DNA of 64,000 bases, taken from positions 81,594,001-81,658,000 of the forward strand of contig NW_024704742.1 of the NCBI RefSeq assembly GCF_018977255.1, in the 5' to 3' direction. This document shows positions 1 to 13,013 of this stretch, piece after piece. How positions within the stretch are numbered: the first letter of the stretch is position 1; every line of letters starts with the position of its first letter. The stretch is from Callorhinchus milii (taxonomy: Eukaryota). The position numbers and the translations under genes are program-made. Below the pieces are notes generated by a model that worked only from the letters and a program-made list of their open reading frames with translations, was not told the DNA's origin and ran no database searches.

Positions 1-775
1 CTATCTAACCTGCTAGATACATCTTCAAAAAACTCTAAAAGATTAGTTAAGCATGACTTCCCTTTTGTAAAGCCATGTTGACTCTGCCTAATCTTGTTAT
101 GGTCTTCCAGGAATCCCATAATGACATCTTTAATTAAGGACTCAAGAATTTTCCCTACCACTGATGTCAGACTAACTGGTCTATAGTTCCCCATCTTTTC
201 TCTCCCACCCTTCTTAAATAGTGGTGTCACGTTTGCAATCTTCCAATCAATGGGAACCGTTCCAGAATCCAGAGAATTTTGGAAGATCAAAGACAAGCCA
301 TCCACTATCTCAGTAGCCACCTCTTTTAAAACCCTAGGATGTAGGCCATCAGGTCCAGGAGATTTATCAGTTTTAAGACCTGATAATTTACCTAAAATAA
401 TTTCTTTACTAATATTAATTCCTCCAAGTTGCTCGCTAACATTTTCTTCTTGGTTCCCCTCTATTCTTGGTAGGTTTTCAGTGTCTTCTAAGGTGAAGAC
501 AGTAACAAAGTACTTGTTTAATGACTCTGCCATGTCTTTGTCCCCTACTATAATTCCCCCCGTCTCTGCCTGTAGAGGACCCACATTTACCCTTGACAGC
601 CTCTTCCTCTTTATATATTTATAAAAACCTTTGTAGTCTGTCTTTATGTTCCTCGCTAGTTTGCTCTCATATTCCATTTTCTCCCTCTTAATCACTTTTT
701 TGGTTCTCCTTTGTTGATCCCTAAACTTCTCCCAATCCTCGGGTTTACTACTCATCTTAGCTGTTTTATAGGCTC
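1..775 (-). mobile_element. CR1 LINE ORF2 fragment (linker plus start of RT), runs off the window edge
   Basis: Minus-strand translation gives KSPGPDGLHPRVLKE...DWKIANVTPLFKKGGREKMGNYRPVSLTSVVGK...QHGFTKGKSCLTNL, all CR1 ORF2 motifs. Confidence 0.95.
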
Positions 776-1069
776 AAGGGAACTAAGATATGTTACGTGT
801 GTTGGTGTAAGGAGAACAGTTCTCTTACTGAGGAAAAACATAGTAGTAATTATAGTATAGCACATTACTATACACTTGTTTTGTAGATAACAATAGCTTG
901 GAACTAGACACCATTAAACAGTTGACAACAGGCACATGGAATGCAGCAAGTGTGAATATGACAGAATCACAGAATTTAGTGACTCTGGAGTTAATCGGAT
1001 GTAACTCCACATGGAGCAGACCAAAATAAATATCAGCAGATGGTCTCGTTTACCCTTTCTCTGCCACAG

Positions 1070-1345
1070 TTTGATCCTAAAATGATTGATATACACAATT
1101 GGTTAAACCCTATTCGATGGGTATGATGGAAAAGGGAATTTTAAAAGGAAGAAAAGAGGTCCCGTCTCTCATGGCTAGGAAAAATGAATCTGAATCATTG
1201 GAAAAAGTAGACTTGTCCTGTTGTTCAAACAGAGGGTATAACTGGATGTGCAGGTGCGATGCCACCCCTGAAAAGACTAATACACCTATTTGTGGGATGA
1301 AATCACAAGGCTCAGAGAGAACCTCTGTGCCCAGTTCAACTCAAG
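1070..1345 (+). CDS. Candidate exon of an unidentified host gene (ATG 1117, MGMMEKGILKG...SSTQ, phase-1 donor)
   Basis: Acceptor ccctttctctgccacag|1070, donor caag|gtaatg at 1345, repeat-free, open frame 1090-1368. An alternative 51-bp phase 0-0 reading (1070-1120, FDPKMIDIHNWLNPIRW, donor gg|gtatga) is also possible. Confidence 0.35.
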
Positions 1346-1499
1346 GTAATGAATGGAGAATTCATTAAGACTGCATATCACGAGCATGGGGAATATTGTA
1401 TGTTAACTGATCAGAAACATTTTACTTATGGTAATCTACAATGTGAATTAAATCAAACCCAGCTTTGTGCGAAGATAAGGAGACACTTTGTTATTGCTA

Positions 1500-1632
1500 A
1501 TAATAATAATAATCCTTGCATTTGATATAGCGCTTTTCACGTTGGGAGAACGTCCCAAAGCACTTCACAGAACACACTGTAAAGTGAATTGACTGAATAT
1601 TTGTGGGCGAACGCGGCAGCCAATTGCGCACA
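1500..1632 (-). mobile_element. tRNA-SINE 3' half
   Basis: (AAT)n tail plus ccttgcatttgatatagcgcttttcacg, matching the full-length copies. Confidence 0.9.
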
Positions 1633-1736
1633 ATCATGGTTTGGACCCACTAATGATATATAATGGAACTCATGTAATTAATACTGTTGACCGTGAGAAA
1701 CCTGATGATTATGTACCCAATTTTGAAATGCACATT

Positions 1737-2044
1737 TGTCACGTCTGCAATCTTCCAATCAATGGGAATTGTTCCGGAATCCAGAGGACTTTGGAAGATC
1801 AAAGACAAGCCATCCACTATCTCAGTAGCCACCTCTTTTAAAACCCTAGGATGTAGGCCATCAGGTCCAGGAGATTTATTAGTTTTAAGACCTGACAATT
1901 TACCTAAAACCATTTCTTTACTAATATTAATTCCCCCAAGTTGCTCGCGAACAATTTTTTTCTTTTTTCTTGGTTCCCTTCTATTCTCGATAGGTTTTCA
2001 GTCTCTACTAAGGTGAAGACAGTAGCAAAGTACTTGTTTAATGA
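1737..2044 (-). mobile_element. Internal CR1 ORF2 fragment, near-copy of 225-523
   Basis: ORF 1650..1913 contains KSPGPDGLHPRVLKEVATEIVDGL; direct alignment to 225-523. Confidence 0.92.
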
Positions 2045-2127
2045 AATAATAATCTTGCAAGAATGCTCATTGTTTCAGGCTAAATTATTTTCATTATCCA
2101 AATAGATTAGAGTGAGAATATTTGCGC

Positions 2128-2423
2128 TATGTCTCCCGCCCAACCTGCCCTACCATCAGTGGTCGAGATTTCAGCCTCTCTGCCCTCACCCTCTGGAACA
2201 CCATCCCACAGACCCTTCACCTCGCTTCCTCCCTTGCCTCCTTCAAGGTCGGCCTCAAGACCCTTCTTTTCGATTGTGCCTTCGGTCGCCCTTCTACCTC
2301 TCTGACTTCCTTCACCTCTACACCACCCCTCCCCGATGTTCGGGTCCCAATCCCTGACTGTCCAGTGCTTTGGGACATTCTCCCGACGTGAAAGGCGCTC
2401 TATAAATGTAATTTGTTGTTGTT
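2128..2423 (+). mobile_element. L2 LINE 3' end
   Basis: FSLSALTLWNTIP...FKVGLKTLLF C-terminal motif, cccgacgtgaaaggcgctctataaat terminus, (TTG)n tail. Confidence 0.9.
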
Positions 2424-4785
2424 TTTTTCACTGGTGGTTTACGCTGGAATATGGTTCACAGGCACCACATGCTCTCTGGTATCTTACCTAAGTGGTTGTT
2501 CTTTCTGCTTGAGCCAAGAAACTGAGTATTGGCAGGATAATGATCAAAAAATTTTACCGAATCTCACAGCTCTTTATATCAAAAGTGCCTCAAAAGAGGC
2601 AACAACCCAAACAATTATAAATGACCATTACAGCCCAATGCTCCAGACAACACCTGCCCACAATAGGTTATTATACATCCTACAATGTGTGTAACTTCAA
2701 TACATACAGAATGATTATTAGGTGGAAGAAAACGCCAAATGGACATTTCCGCTGCAGTGTTCTATATTTCCAAGTGTCGATACCGCCTTTCTCCCCCCAT
2801 CTTCAGCTCTACAACCAACTCGGGCTACCAATTAGTTGTGTGAAGCACTTTTCGACATGCTCCCTGACATGAAAGGAACTGTACAAATGTGAATTGTTGA
2901 TCTTAAATTTTATTACAAAATCGTCCTACAGCCTGAGACTAGATGGAATTTCAGGCCTCTGAGCATACAATGAATTCAAGGTTAATCTGAGCAACAGAAA
3001 TGGATGGAAGTCAAGACTTTTGAAGCTTCTGTCAATTGTTCCTTGTAATCTATATATATTTTGATTAGCACCTAATGCATCCATCATTTCATACCATCAA
3101 AAGAAAGCAATATCCTGAGACTATCTGTGTTCTTGAATGAAATTTGTGGCTTCATTCTGTGCCTTTGTTACACTGTGTAATTAAAACTTTCTGTAACAGA
3201 TATGCTAAGCCTTACCGAAGGCTTGTAATTCTCACTTCAGGGACCGTTAATAAGATGCATCTGGAATTTTTTTTTTTTTTAAAAAATATTTAGATATTGT
3301 GTGCTATTTCTGTGCTTGGAAATGCAAACCTGCTTATTGTTTAACATTTTTTTTAAAAAATGGCATTAATTCTCAGTACCCTAAGCTAGTGAGGAGATAC
3401 AATACAAAATTACATTTGTATAGCCCCTTTCAGGTGGGGAGAACATCAAGTGGAGTAGGTTTCCACTGTGGATCTCTGCCTCGTGACTTCTGCTACAAAT
3501 GTGCATGTATGGAGCTCAGGGCCCGACTTTCCTATGATTACAAGGTGTTCACAAATTCCTGTTACCTCCTTTTTTCTTTATCAACAGTGCACTGACCACC
3601 ATCTGGAAAATGTGGAAGAATGATGATAATTGTATTTAGAAGTAATTAGTTGTATTCAGTACAAATGTTTAACTGTATTTAGGCATCCAGAGGATTGGTG
3701 TGTGTAAGTGCATCATTTTCATGGCAGATAATGATCTGTCGCCATGTTTAGTGTGACATCTTTTGTAACATGGATGAAGTGACGAGGAAGTTACTGGCAT
3801 CAGAGATTGTTACACTCGACTCATCTCCAATGGAAAGTAAAATTGATTGTAAGAAGGAGAAGGGGGTGGGGTAACAGTACTTCCTGTACATTGTCCTCTC
3901 TTGACTCCAGTGTAGGCATAAAGCCTGACAACTCCAAACACTCATGTGAAGAATAGCTTCTTGGCTGATGGACTGGAGTCCAACCAACACCTGGAACACT
4001 GTACCTTCACATGAATTGGTACCATTAGGTGAGGAAAGGAGAGATAAAAATTAACTTGTCTAACTCTTTAAAATAACAGTGTTATTATTCAACAATTACT
4101 TTTAAACCTAGAGATGAAAACATGAAAAAGCATTACCAGAAATCATTAATCAAGTAATCTTGGTTCATTGCGCCACTCTTTGTCCTCAAAAATCCTGATC
4201 TTTCTTTTTAAATAGCTGATATATTGAATAAGTATTGTACAATTTATCGAAAGCTGAGTCGCTGTTGCATTCAATAACTTTGCAATCTGCAGTAAATTAT
4301 ATTTCAAACTTGGCACATCACATAACATTCTGTGAGAGCTCAGTGATGCATTGAGGCTATGCACACAATACAATTAGACTGCAAGTGTTCTATACTAACT
4401 CAATCAAGTGCACTACCACATTTCATGTCCTGTCTTATGGGAATGAGTTAATGCAGGTCTCACCTGAATTAAATGACTATAAAATGTCCCTTGGGCACCA
4501 TCCGTTTAAGGAACATCACTTTGGTTGCAAGAACCTCGAACAGCCTGAACCAAATTGTTTTGGCATAAAATGAAAATGTTTTTGTTTCATATACAAGATA
4601 ATTATCAGTTTCCATTTGCTAATAATTAGAAATTTATAAGATTGGTTTGGGGAAGGAATCCTTTTATAATCACCATGATATGATCACACCAGTTCAATTT
4701 GGATTTCCTGTTTTCCGGAAACGGTAGGTAAAGGTTTGGTGTTTAACAATGTATTTATTGTATTAAGTAATTAAATAATTGTGTC

Positions 4786-5262
4786 AGCCTGGCTCAGGCT
4801 GTAGCAATTTAACAAGGTCTCAAACCTCTGGAACAATGTCCATTCAAGAGCCATATCAGGAATTTGAGCTCATAGTCAATTTAACAAGGTCTCAAACCTC
4901 TGGGAACAATGTCCATTCAAGAGCCATATCAGGAATTTGAGCTCATAGTCAAGTCTGACACTCAAAGTGCAATGCTGGTGGGAGGAGCACTACATTGTCA
5001 GAAATGCCATCCCTCAGACAAGACATGAAACCAGATGATGTTAAAGATCCAGTGGCACTATTCAACACCAGAGAGAGTTTCTCCCAGTGCCTTAATCAGC
5101 ACAATTCTCCAGATAAATTGATCAGTACAATTCTCCAGATAAATTGGGAGTTTCGCCCCAAAATATACAGTCAATTCACTTTACAGTATAGTCTGTGAAG
5201 CGTTTTGAGACATCTCAAAGTCATGATAAGGCGCTATATCAGATGCAAGGATTATTATTATC
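4786..5262 (+). mobile_element. Degenerate Deu-domain SINE with internal 72-bp tandem duplication and SINE-type tail
   Basis: ggctcag A-box remnant; gttaaagatccagtggcactatt Deu-like core; gcaaggattattatt tail. Confidence 0.7.
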
Positions 5263-5784
5263 ATTCATTTCATGGGTGTTTGTGACACATTAATGTGCAT
5301 TGCCCGGCTCTAACACTGTCTTTCTACTCAGGCCGTCAAGATCCCCATCCACTCATTCATCACATTAAGGCTCGACTACACTAACTCCTTGGTTAAGGGG
5401 CAAGGTGCATGGTGGAAGATACCAATAAGTTCGAAAAGAAAGGCAGATTTGAGTTTCAAGAGTCTGCAAATTGTAGAGGAAATGAAGTTTGATGGGGGTT
5501 AAGAATTCACAGTGTATGAGGTTCCTGAAGAAAGAGAGGGGGAATGTAGAATTCAGTTTTTAGTAAAATAGCTAAGAATGAAGTTGGGTTGTGAAATGCT
5601 ACCGTAATCCTATAGTTCACTTAAAAGTGATTGCTTAAAAAGCAATCTTTTCACGAAGTGTTTGTAACTGGAATTTTTATAAAAATATTGCAAAATAATT
5701 GCGATTATTAGTGATCAGTTTCAAAGAGCCCACAACTACAGGATCATTGCCTAGAATCTACAGCATTCAAACATTATTTGTAGT

Positions 5785-6022
5785 GCAGTGATGGGGAGAG
5801 TGCTGCATTGTCAAAGTTGTTGTCTTTCAGATGAGATGTAAGTGTATGGCCACCAATTACCCTAAATTGAAAACAAAATGGTTATTCACTACATGGCTGT
5901 ATGGGGCAAATGGCTCTGTGCAAATTGACTGCTGTGTTTGTACACGGTCACTATGTTCTCCAGTAAATTCTGTGAAGCACTTTGAGATGTTTTGATGTGT
6001 TGTATCAAATGCAAGGGATTAA
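5785..6022 (+). mobile_element. Degenerate Deu-domain SINE fragment
   Basis: tgcattgtc...ctttcagatgagatg core and aaatgcaagg tail. Confidence 0.6.
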
Positions 6023-7121
6023 TATAGAAATGTTATTCACTTCTCGCTCAATGTATGCAATGGGTTCTTCTCTGCTTTCAAACCTTTTATTCTGAACCCC
6101 AAGATCTCTCTGCTATTCTACCTCACTTAGTCTTTCCCCATCTAAGGTGTAATTGGCTTTTTAGTATAAAGTCTGCACACAACTTGAATTAGAAGCTTTC
6201 TTCAAAACCGTGTTATGTTGGTTTATCTTTAGGCTTACTATTTGTTAAGCCCTTTTTGGATCAAATCACTGCAGGTCTGTTTGTCAGCTGCAAGTGCAAA
6301 GATTTTTTTCTAAATTAGATGAATGCAAGCCAATTATACACAAACTAAACAACCCGCATCATTAACCAGCAATCTGCTGCTCAATCTTCCTGATTGTGGC
6401 CAATGGCAAATCTCTTTAAATTAATCCAACTACCCCAGACAAAGTAATGCAATGTGTCCCAACTGCTAGAACGTCTGCATTGAAAATTGGGTCTTTTATT
6501 GCACTTTGTTGAATTGATAAAATTGAGCTCCCACTGAAATGGGGGACAATTGCCAACAAACTGAGTGAGCAATTGTGTTTCAGAATATCAAATAGTTTGT
6601 TGAATATTTATTGAGCTTTTTCCATGTAGAAGCGTTATTCTGGAACTGCTTATTCAGCGTGACTCATAACCTACCATATGCCACATCGATTAAACCTGAG
6701 TGTTAGTGGGTTTGCAAAAAAGGCCATAAAAATTATTTCTTATAGAAGTGATACTTACTGCTCTCTTGTCAAATTAATTTTTGCACTATTATTTTAACGG
6801 AATTAAATTATTGATGGACGATTTCCAACGCAGTCCTCTAAAAGTCCTCTTAGTAGCATAATTGAATCAAGGATAATACGGTCTCAGTGCTTACATGTGG
6901 AGGCAGCTGATTGTTAATACTGAATTCATCAACAAAGTGTGAACAGCAACGTGTGAAGTGCAGGAAAGCAGATGGGGATATGGGCTAGACAATGTCCCTG
7001 TGCGCCACATGCAAGCACCCTCGCTATGTATGCTGAAATGTGTTGCACTGTGGCCAAGCACGACAATTGGATTTTCGTCCAATCTGATAGTTTTATTTAT
7101 CCTGTTCTCCTGTGAACACAG

Positions 7122-7220
7122 ATGGTGGATTCCTAGCATCTGGGACTGGCTTCAATTAATGGAATCCAGACAGCTTTCTAATTTTCAAAGGTCACAACGA
7201 AGAAGGGAATTTGTGTCCAC
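7122..7220 (+). other. Candidate 99-bp exon (open only as phase 2-2: WWIPSIWDWLQLMESRQ...)
   Basis: Pyrimidine tract plus cacag|7122, donor ccac|gtgagt at 7220, length divisible by 3. Confidence 0.25.
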
Positions 7221-7329
7221 GTGAGTTCCTCTAAGAGCAAGGCTCACCTGTGTAATAATGGACCAGTACACAGAATTCAGCAAGTAAACTTGAGATAATA
7301 TATATTTTTGGGGGGAGGGTGGGGGAGTG

Positions 7330-7585
7330 GTTCAGCCAGGTATGTGACACATGTGGAAATCCATCAGCATATCCAAACTAAACTGAGAATTCCATGCATC
7401 CTACCTACATGTGAAAATTCCAGATATAAATTGTTGGAATAGAATGCAAACTCTCTGCCTGGAGAGACGTGTCCTGTTTACTTAATTCCGGAAAGTATTA
7501 GGCGCAGGTTGGCAAGAGCTAAGACGTTTTGGAGCACTCCTGGAGTCCAACCAGCTAAAACCGCAAAGCTTGCCATTGATAGCTT
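7330..7585 (-). repeat. Unclassified A-tailed retroposon family, copy
   Basis: Colinear similarity to 29695-29975, 38115-38335, 39515-39670, 40495-40760, 55552-55622 and 57185-57390. Confidence 0.75.
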
Positions 7586-7719
7586 GCCAGTGAGTTGTGC
7601 ACATAAGTTCGTAGATCCAGCACCTTGAATCTACCTTAATCAAGACAATACAATGCCACCAAAGCAGGACATGAGAGCACTGGTTCGTGGATGTGCAGGA
7701 CAATTTTAGAACAGACACC

Positions 7720-7960
7720 AAGAAGTATTTTTTTACACAGAGGTTTACTACCAGCTGGAACAGTCTACCAGGAAGGGAAATAAAGCTTGATAGAGTACGT
7801 ACATGGGCTGATTAAGAAGTAAGAATAGGAAACGGGGATACTTCATGGATGAAATCAAACTTGCAAAGGAGAAAATTTAAAGTGATCTAGGTGTTCACTT
7901 GACGCTCACCATGTCAAAATAGTGTGAGGCAGCAATAAACAAGGCAAACAGGATAATACA
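7720..7960 (+). mobile_element. Degenerate CR1 fragments
   Basis: ttttttacacagagg...tggaacagtctacca and gatctaggtgtt...cagcaataaacaaggcaaacaggat resemble the CR1 ORF2 C-terminus. Confidence 0.55.
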
Positions 7961-8017
7961 GTAATAATAGGTTAGGTTATGTTGCTAAATTATTTGAGTT
8001 TAGAACATCAGATAATG

Positions 8018-10330
8018 CAACAACAACAAAATTATATTTGTATAGTGCCTTTCACGTCGGGGGGATGCCCCAAGGCGCTGGACAGACAGAGTTATGGAAC
8101 CGAGCTGAGGGTCAGGGTGGGGGATGGCAGGTGGGGAAGCAGGGAGATCGAAAGCATGGTCAAAGAGGAGGGTCTTCAGGTGGATCTTGAAGATGGCGAG
8201 TGAGGGGCTGAGATGGAGGGACTGTGGGATGGAGTTTCAGAGGGTGGGTGCAGAATGGGGGAAGGCCCGACCGCTGAAGGTGGGGCGAGCAAGGTGGGGG
8301 AGGTGAAACAGGCCGGAGCCCGCTGAGCAGAGGGAGTGAACAGGATGGTAGGGAGTTAGCAGGTTGGAGAGGTAGGGAGGAGCAAGACCGTGGAGGGCTT
8401 TCAAGGTGAGGACCAGGATCTTGAACTGTATCCTCTGTGTAATGGGAAGCCAGTGGATTTGGGCAAGGATGGGGTTGATAGGGTCATGGAGCCTGGTGTG
8501 GGAGATGATATGGGTTGCAGAGCTCTGGATATCTGCAGCCTGTGGAGGGAGGAGTTGGGGAGTCCGACAAGCAGTGAGTTTGCATAGTTGAGCCTCAATC
8601 GAATGAAGGCGTGTATGAGGGTTTCGGCGGCCTGCGGTGTGAAATGGTGTCAGAGCCGGGTGATGTTGAGGAGGTGGGGGAAGGCAGATTGCGTCATGGT
8701 GCATGTGTGGGGTAGAAAGGAAGTTGAGGGACAAACAAGACCCTAAGATTCTGGACTGGCTTAGCAAGGCCGAATGTGCAACCATGGATGGTGATGCTAT
8801 CAGCAATCGAGTTGAGGAGGAGATCAGGAGAGCCTCGGTCTTGTTGATATTCAACTGAAGAAAGTTAGCTCTCATCGAGGACTTGATGTCTGACAGACAT
8901 TCTGTCAAGACAGCAGTGGTCCTGGAGTCAAGGGTGGAGCCAGAAAGATAGAGTTGGGTGTCATCCCCGTACATGTGGAAGTTGACCCCATCCCATGTCT
9001 GCGGATGATGTCACCAAGAGGGAACATATAAATGTTGAAGAGGAGGGGACCAAGGACAGAGCCCTGAGGAACGCCACACAAGATGGCCCAGAGGCTAGAG
9101 GAGAAGCCTTTTGAGGAGATGAAGTGCAGGCAGTGTGAGAGCTATGATCTGAACCAATCAAGAACAGAACTGTGGCAGTTGAAGTGAGAGGAGATGCGGT
9201 AGATGAGGATAGAGTGGTCGACGGTGTCGAAAGCAGCAGAGAGGTCAAGGAGGACGAAGAGGCAGAGGGAACTCTGGTTTCAGATAGACAGAATATTGTT
9301 TGTCACTTTGACCAGGGCTGTCTCTTTGCTGTGGGTGGCACGGAAGCCCAATTGGAGGGGTTCGAGAAAGGTAAGGCGGGATAGGAAGGAGCGAAGCTGA
9401 GAAGCAACAACTCATTCCAGGACCTTGGAGAGGAAGGGGAGGTTGGAGATGGGGCAGTAGTTAGGGAGTAGAGAAGGGTCCAGGGAGGTTTTTTTAAGGA
9501 TTGGAGTGATGACAGCATTTTTTAAAGGGGTGGGAACAGTACCAGAGGACAGGGAGAGGTTAACAATGTCAATGAATAGAGGGGCAAGGAGATGGAGCTG
9601 GGAAGTAAGGAGGGGGCTAGGGATGGGGTCGAGGGAGCAGGTGGTGGATTTCATATGGGTTATGGTGGTGATGAGAGAGGAGTGGGAGACGGGTTCAAAG
9701 GTGTGGAGGGAGGGGTGGATAGGGGCTGGTGTGGGACGAGGAGATGGGGAAAGGAGCCAATGCAGTGGCAGAGGCAGCTGAGCTGATTCCCTCAACTTTG
9801 GATTAGAGGAAGTCCAATATCGCCTCACAGTTGGCATTTGAGGTGAGGATGGATGAGGCATGAGAGGTTGGGCGGAGGAGCCGGTTCATGATGGAGAAGA
9901 GGAGCCTAGGGTTGTTCTTGGCCTCCAAGATTGTCTTGGAGTAGAACAACGATATATTGGAGGCAAGAGCGGAGTGGTAAGATTTGACATGGTCCAGCCA
10001 AATCTGCCAATGGACAGTTAAGTTTGATTTAGCCAGGTGCTCTCAGTGGAACGCATCTGGGCTTTAAGGGAGCGGAGGTGGCTGGTGTACCGAGGTAATT
10101 TGCATGAGTAGGAGATGGTTCTGGAAGAGAGGGGAGCAAGGGAATCGAGAGTGGAGGAGAGGGAGCTGTGGACAAGGGTGACCAAGGAGGATAGGTCATT
10201 GCAGGAGGACGCCCAGAGGGGAAGGAGTTCAGATGACTCCAAGGCAGCTGAGGGGTGGGGGGGGAGATTTTTTTTTCCAGTGGAGGTATGATGGAGGTGC
10301 ATTGGGTGGCAGTGGGGAGAGTGGGGAGAA
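8018..10330 (-). mobile_element. L2 LINE, 5'-truncated, frameshifted (about 2.3 kb)
   Basis: ORF pieces TCSLDPIP...[35 protein letters not shown]; 3' stem-loop terminus and (TTG)n tail at about 8018-8075. Confidence 0.95.
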
Positions 10331-10500
10331 TAATAATAATAGTAATAATAATAATAATAATCCATGCATTTGATATAGCACTTTATTGTGTCTTTGAGAC
10401 ATCTCAAAGCACTTCACAGTATATACTGTAAAGTGAATTGACTGTATATTTTGTGGACGAAACGTAGCAGCCAATTGTGCACAGTAATGTCCCTCAAACA
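10330..10500 (-). mobile_element. tRNA-SINE 3' half
   Basis: (AAT)n tail and gtaaagtgaattgactgtat body. Confidence 0.88.
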
Positions 10501-10835
10501 GATGTCATACTCAAGCTATATATGCTCTGGCCAAGCTGGTTGGTCTGTCATCAGGAGTACTGTGGACCCATTTGGCTCAGGAATCAGACTACTAAGCTCG
10601 CCACAGAGTTAGCTCAATTATGACATTCCTTTCCCAATGCATATCACCACGGAGCCAACTCAGAGCAAAGGAAACCCAGTTATCTGCACTCCATGGAGGA
10701 CTGTGGAAAAAGTCACTATTTTCAATGATTAGCACAAGATAAGCCCATTTTTCTCATTCAGAACTTGTGTGAATAGCCCATGTGCATGCTTTATCATAGA
10801 AGACATTGCTAATTGTGCAAAGTATTTGTATAAAT

Positions 10836-10900
10836 CGGTGTGGCCAACCTTTAAAGTCGGCGAACAAAATAAATTTTCTTGATTGAATATTTCTTGATTT
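10836..10900 (+). mobile_element. Left end of hAT-type MITE (same family as 16402-16877)
   Basis: cggtgtggccaaccttt...ttttcttgattgaatatttcttgattt matches 16402-16456. Confidence 0.6.
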
Positions 10901-11205
10901 ATACCATTCGACCCATTGTTTCTGTGCCAGCTCCCTCAAGAGCAATCCTTCCAGTCCCACTAACCTGCCCTTTCCCCATACCCTTGTAGACTCTTTAAGG
11001 TATTTGTCTAGTTCCCTCTTGAAGGCCAATAATAATAATAATAATAATAATCCTTACATTTGATACAGCACTTTTCACGTCTTCTAGACATCTCAAATAT
11101 GGATTCTGCCTCGATCACCGCTCATGGCAGGGCATTCCATATCCTAACTACTTTGTACTTTCTCCTAATCTCCCCATTTGCTGATTTACTAAGTATCTTA
11201 AATTG
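10900..11205 (-). mobile_element. CR1 3' end fragment with SINE tail inserted at about 11028-11097
   Basis: AFKRELDKYLK motif and CR1-type 3' UTR. Confidence 0.75.
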
Positions 11206-12335
11206 ATGAACTTGAGTTACTGACTCACTGAGAAGCGAAACATTTTCTCATATCACATCCCATCACATCACATGTGATTGTCAGGTCAGCCTGATGAGTT
11301 CCTGGCTACCTGAAGGAGGCGTTCCCATTTGCGCGAGTCAGAATCCTTACTAAGGAATTTCATTAAGAAATACAGTAGGTTAGTCTCAATTTAAATATGC
11401 AACCATTCCTGCTGTGTTGGCAACATAAATATCCAACATAGTCTAATTTGCTCATTGAAGCGTGCTTTTTATGTAGATATTTAATTTTCTTGTAAAGAAC
11501 TCAAATGTTAGGGGGTGAAGAGCTCAACAGTGTTGTGTGAGGAAAAAGAGGGCGAGAGAGAGCAAGAGAGAGAGAGCGAGAGATAGATGAACAACTTTTA
11601 TTGGAACGTATGCGGTCTTATGAATAAATTAGTTCTTCATGAATTTGAGAGTAGGCCTGTTTATCTCTGTCTGGCTCATGCAGTCATAAAGACATATACA
11701 AATTGATATATATTCATGCTTGCAAGAGTCATTGACCAGGAATTCCTCAATATTATAATGAAAACCTTTCCCAAGGGCAAAGTACTTCTCAACCAAATCA
11801 AAATAGCAGTGGACCATTTGATGCCAGTGACGAAGAGCTTGGAAAAATATTGCTTATTAACAAGAATATTACATCGATAAGAATTTAGGTTATGTAGTCA
11901 ATTTCAATTTCAGTGCAAAAAAATCCCAAATATTTCTGATCTGCACATTCTCTGTTCCTACCACGACAACACCCCATACAGAATCTTGAGTGGAATCAGA
12001 ACTTAACAAAACAACAAGGAATATTAAAAGGCCCCCATCAACCCTACAATCCATTCTTTCCACAGACCATCACAAACATAATAATAACAAGAATAACAAA
12101 AGCCAAAACAGAAACTCTCAAAATATCAGCACAAAAACAATCTATTATACCCTTATTATGAAAATAAGATCTTAAAGTGAAACACTGATCCAAAATGCCA
12201 AGCACCAGAAACAGTAAACCACATATTGTCATCATGTCCAGCCCGAGCACAATCAGAGTATCTGATTAGACATAACAGTGTAGCTAAATATATTCAGAGG
12301 TCACTGGGAACACTCAGCAGGTCAGGCAGCATCTA

Positions 12336-13003
12336 CAACAACAACAACAGCAAGATTACATTTGTATAGCGCCTTTCACGTCAGGAGGACGTCCCAAGGC
12401 GCTGGACAGAGTACAGCATTTTAGACCCGAGCTGGGGTCAGGGGGGAGAAGGGAGGGGAGGGGAAGGGGGGTGGCCAATGGCATGGTCGAAGAGGAGGGT
12501 CTTGAGGCGGGACTTGAAGGGGGCTAAGGGTGGGGGCGGTGAGGCGGAGTGATAGAAGATGGAATTCCAGAGGTTGGGGGCACTCTGGCTGAAGGCTCTC
12601 CTGCCAATGGTGGGGCGGGTGAGTCGGGGGACATGGATCAGACTGGAGCCGGCTGAGCGGAGGGAGTGGGCAGGTTGATAGGGGTTTAGGAGGTCACAGA
12701 GATAGGGTGGGGCGAAGCCATGGAGGGCTTTGTATGTGAGGACCAGGATCTTGAACTGGATCCTCTGAAGGATAGGGAGCCGATGGAGTTGGGCGAGAGT
12801 GGGGAGATGGGGTCACGGAGGTTGGTGCGGGAGAGGACACGGGCTGCAGAGTTCTGGATTATCTGCAGTCTGTGGAGGGAGGAGTTGGGAAGGCCGACAA
12901 GTAGGGCGTTTGTATAGTTGAGCCTGGAGGTGATGAAGGCGTGAACAAAAGTTTCAGAGGCCTGAGGGGTGAGGTCGTGGCGGAGTCAGGGGATGTTACG
13001 GAG
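12336..13003 (-). mobile_element. L2 LINE 3' fragment
   Basis: (AAC)n tail, tttcacgtcaggaggacgtcccaaggcgct terminus, L2 C-terminal coding remnants. Confidence 0.93.
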
Positions 13004-13013
13004 AAAGAAAAGT

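Noticed and set aside
250..624. 124-aa + strand ORF (and similar 1687..2016, 58035..58301)
   Set aside because: Antisense shadow of CR1 ORF2.
4805..4952. CRISPR-like array
   Set aside because: Eukaryotic context; two abutting copies without spacers.
11291..11320. Hammerhead from CTGATGAG (also 39144, 57386)
   Set aside because: No stem II followed by GAAA.
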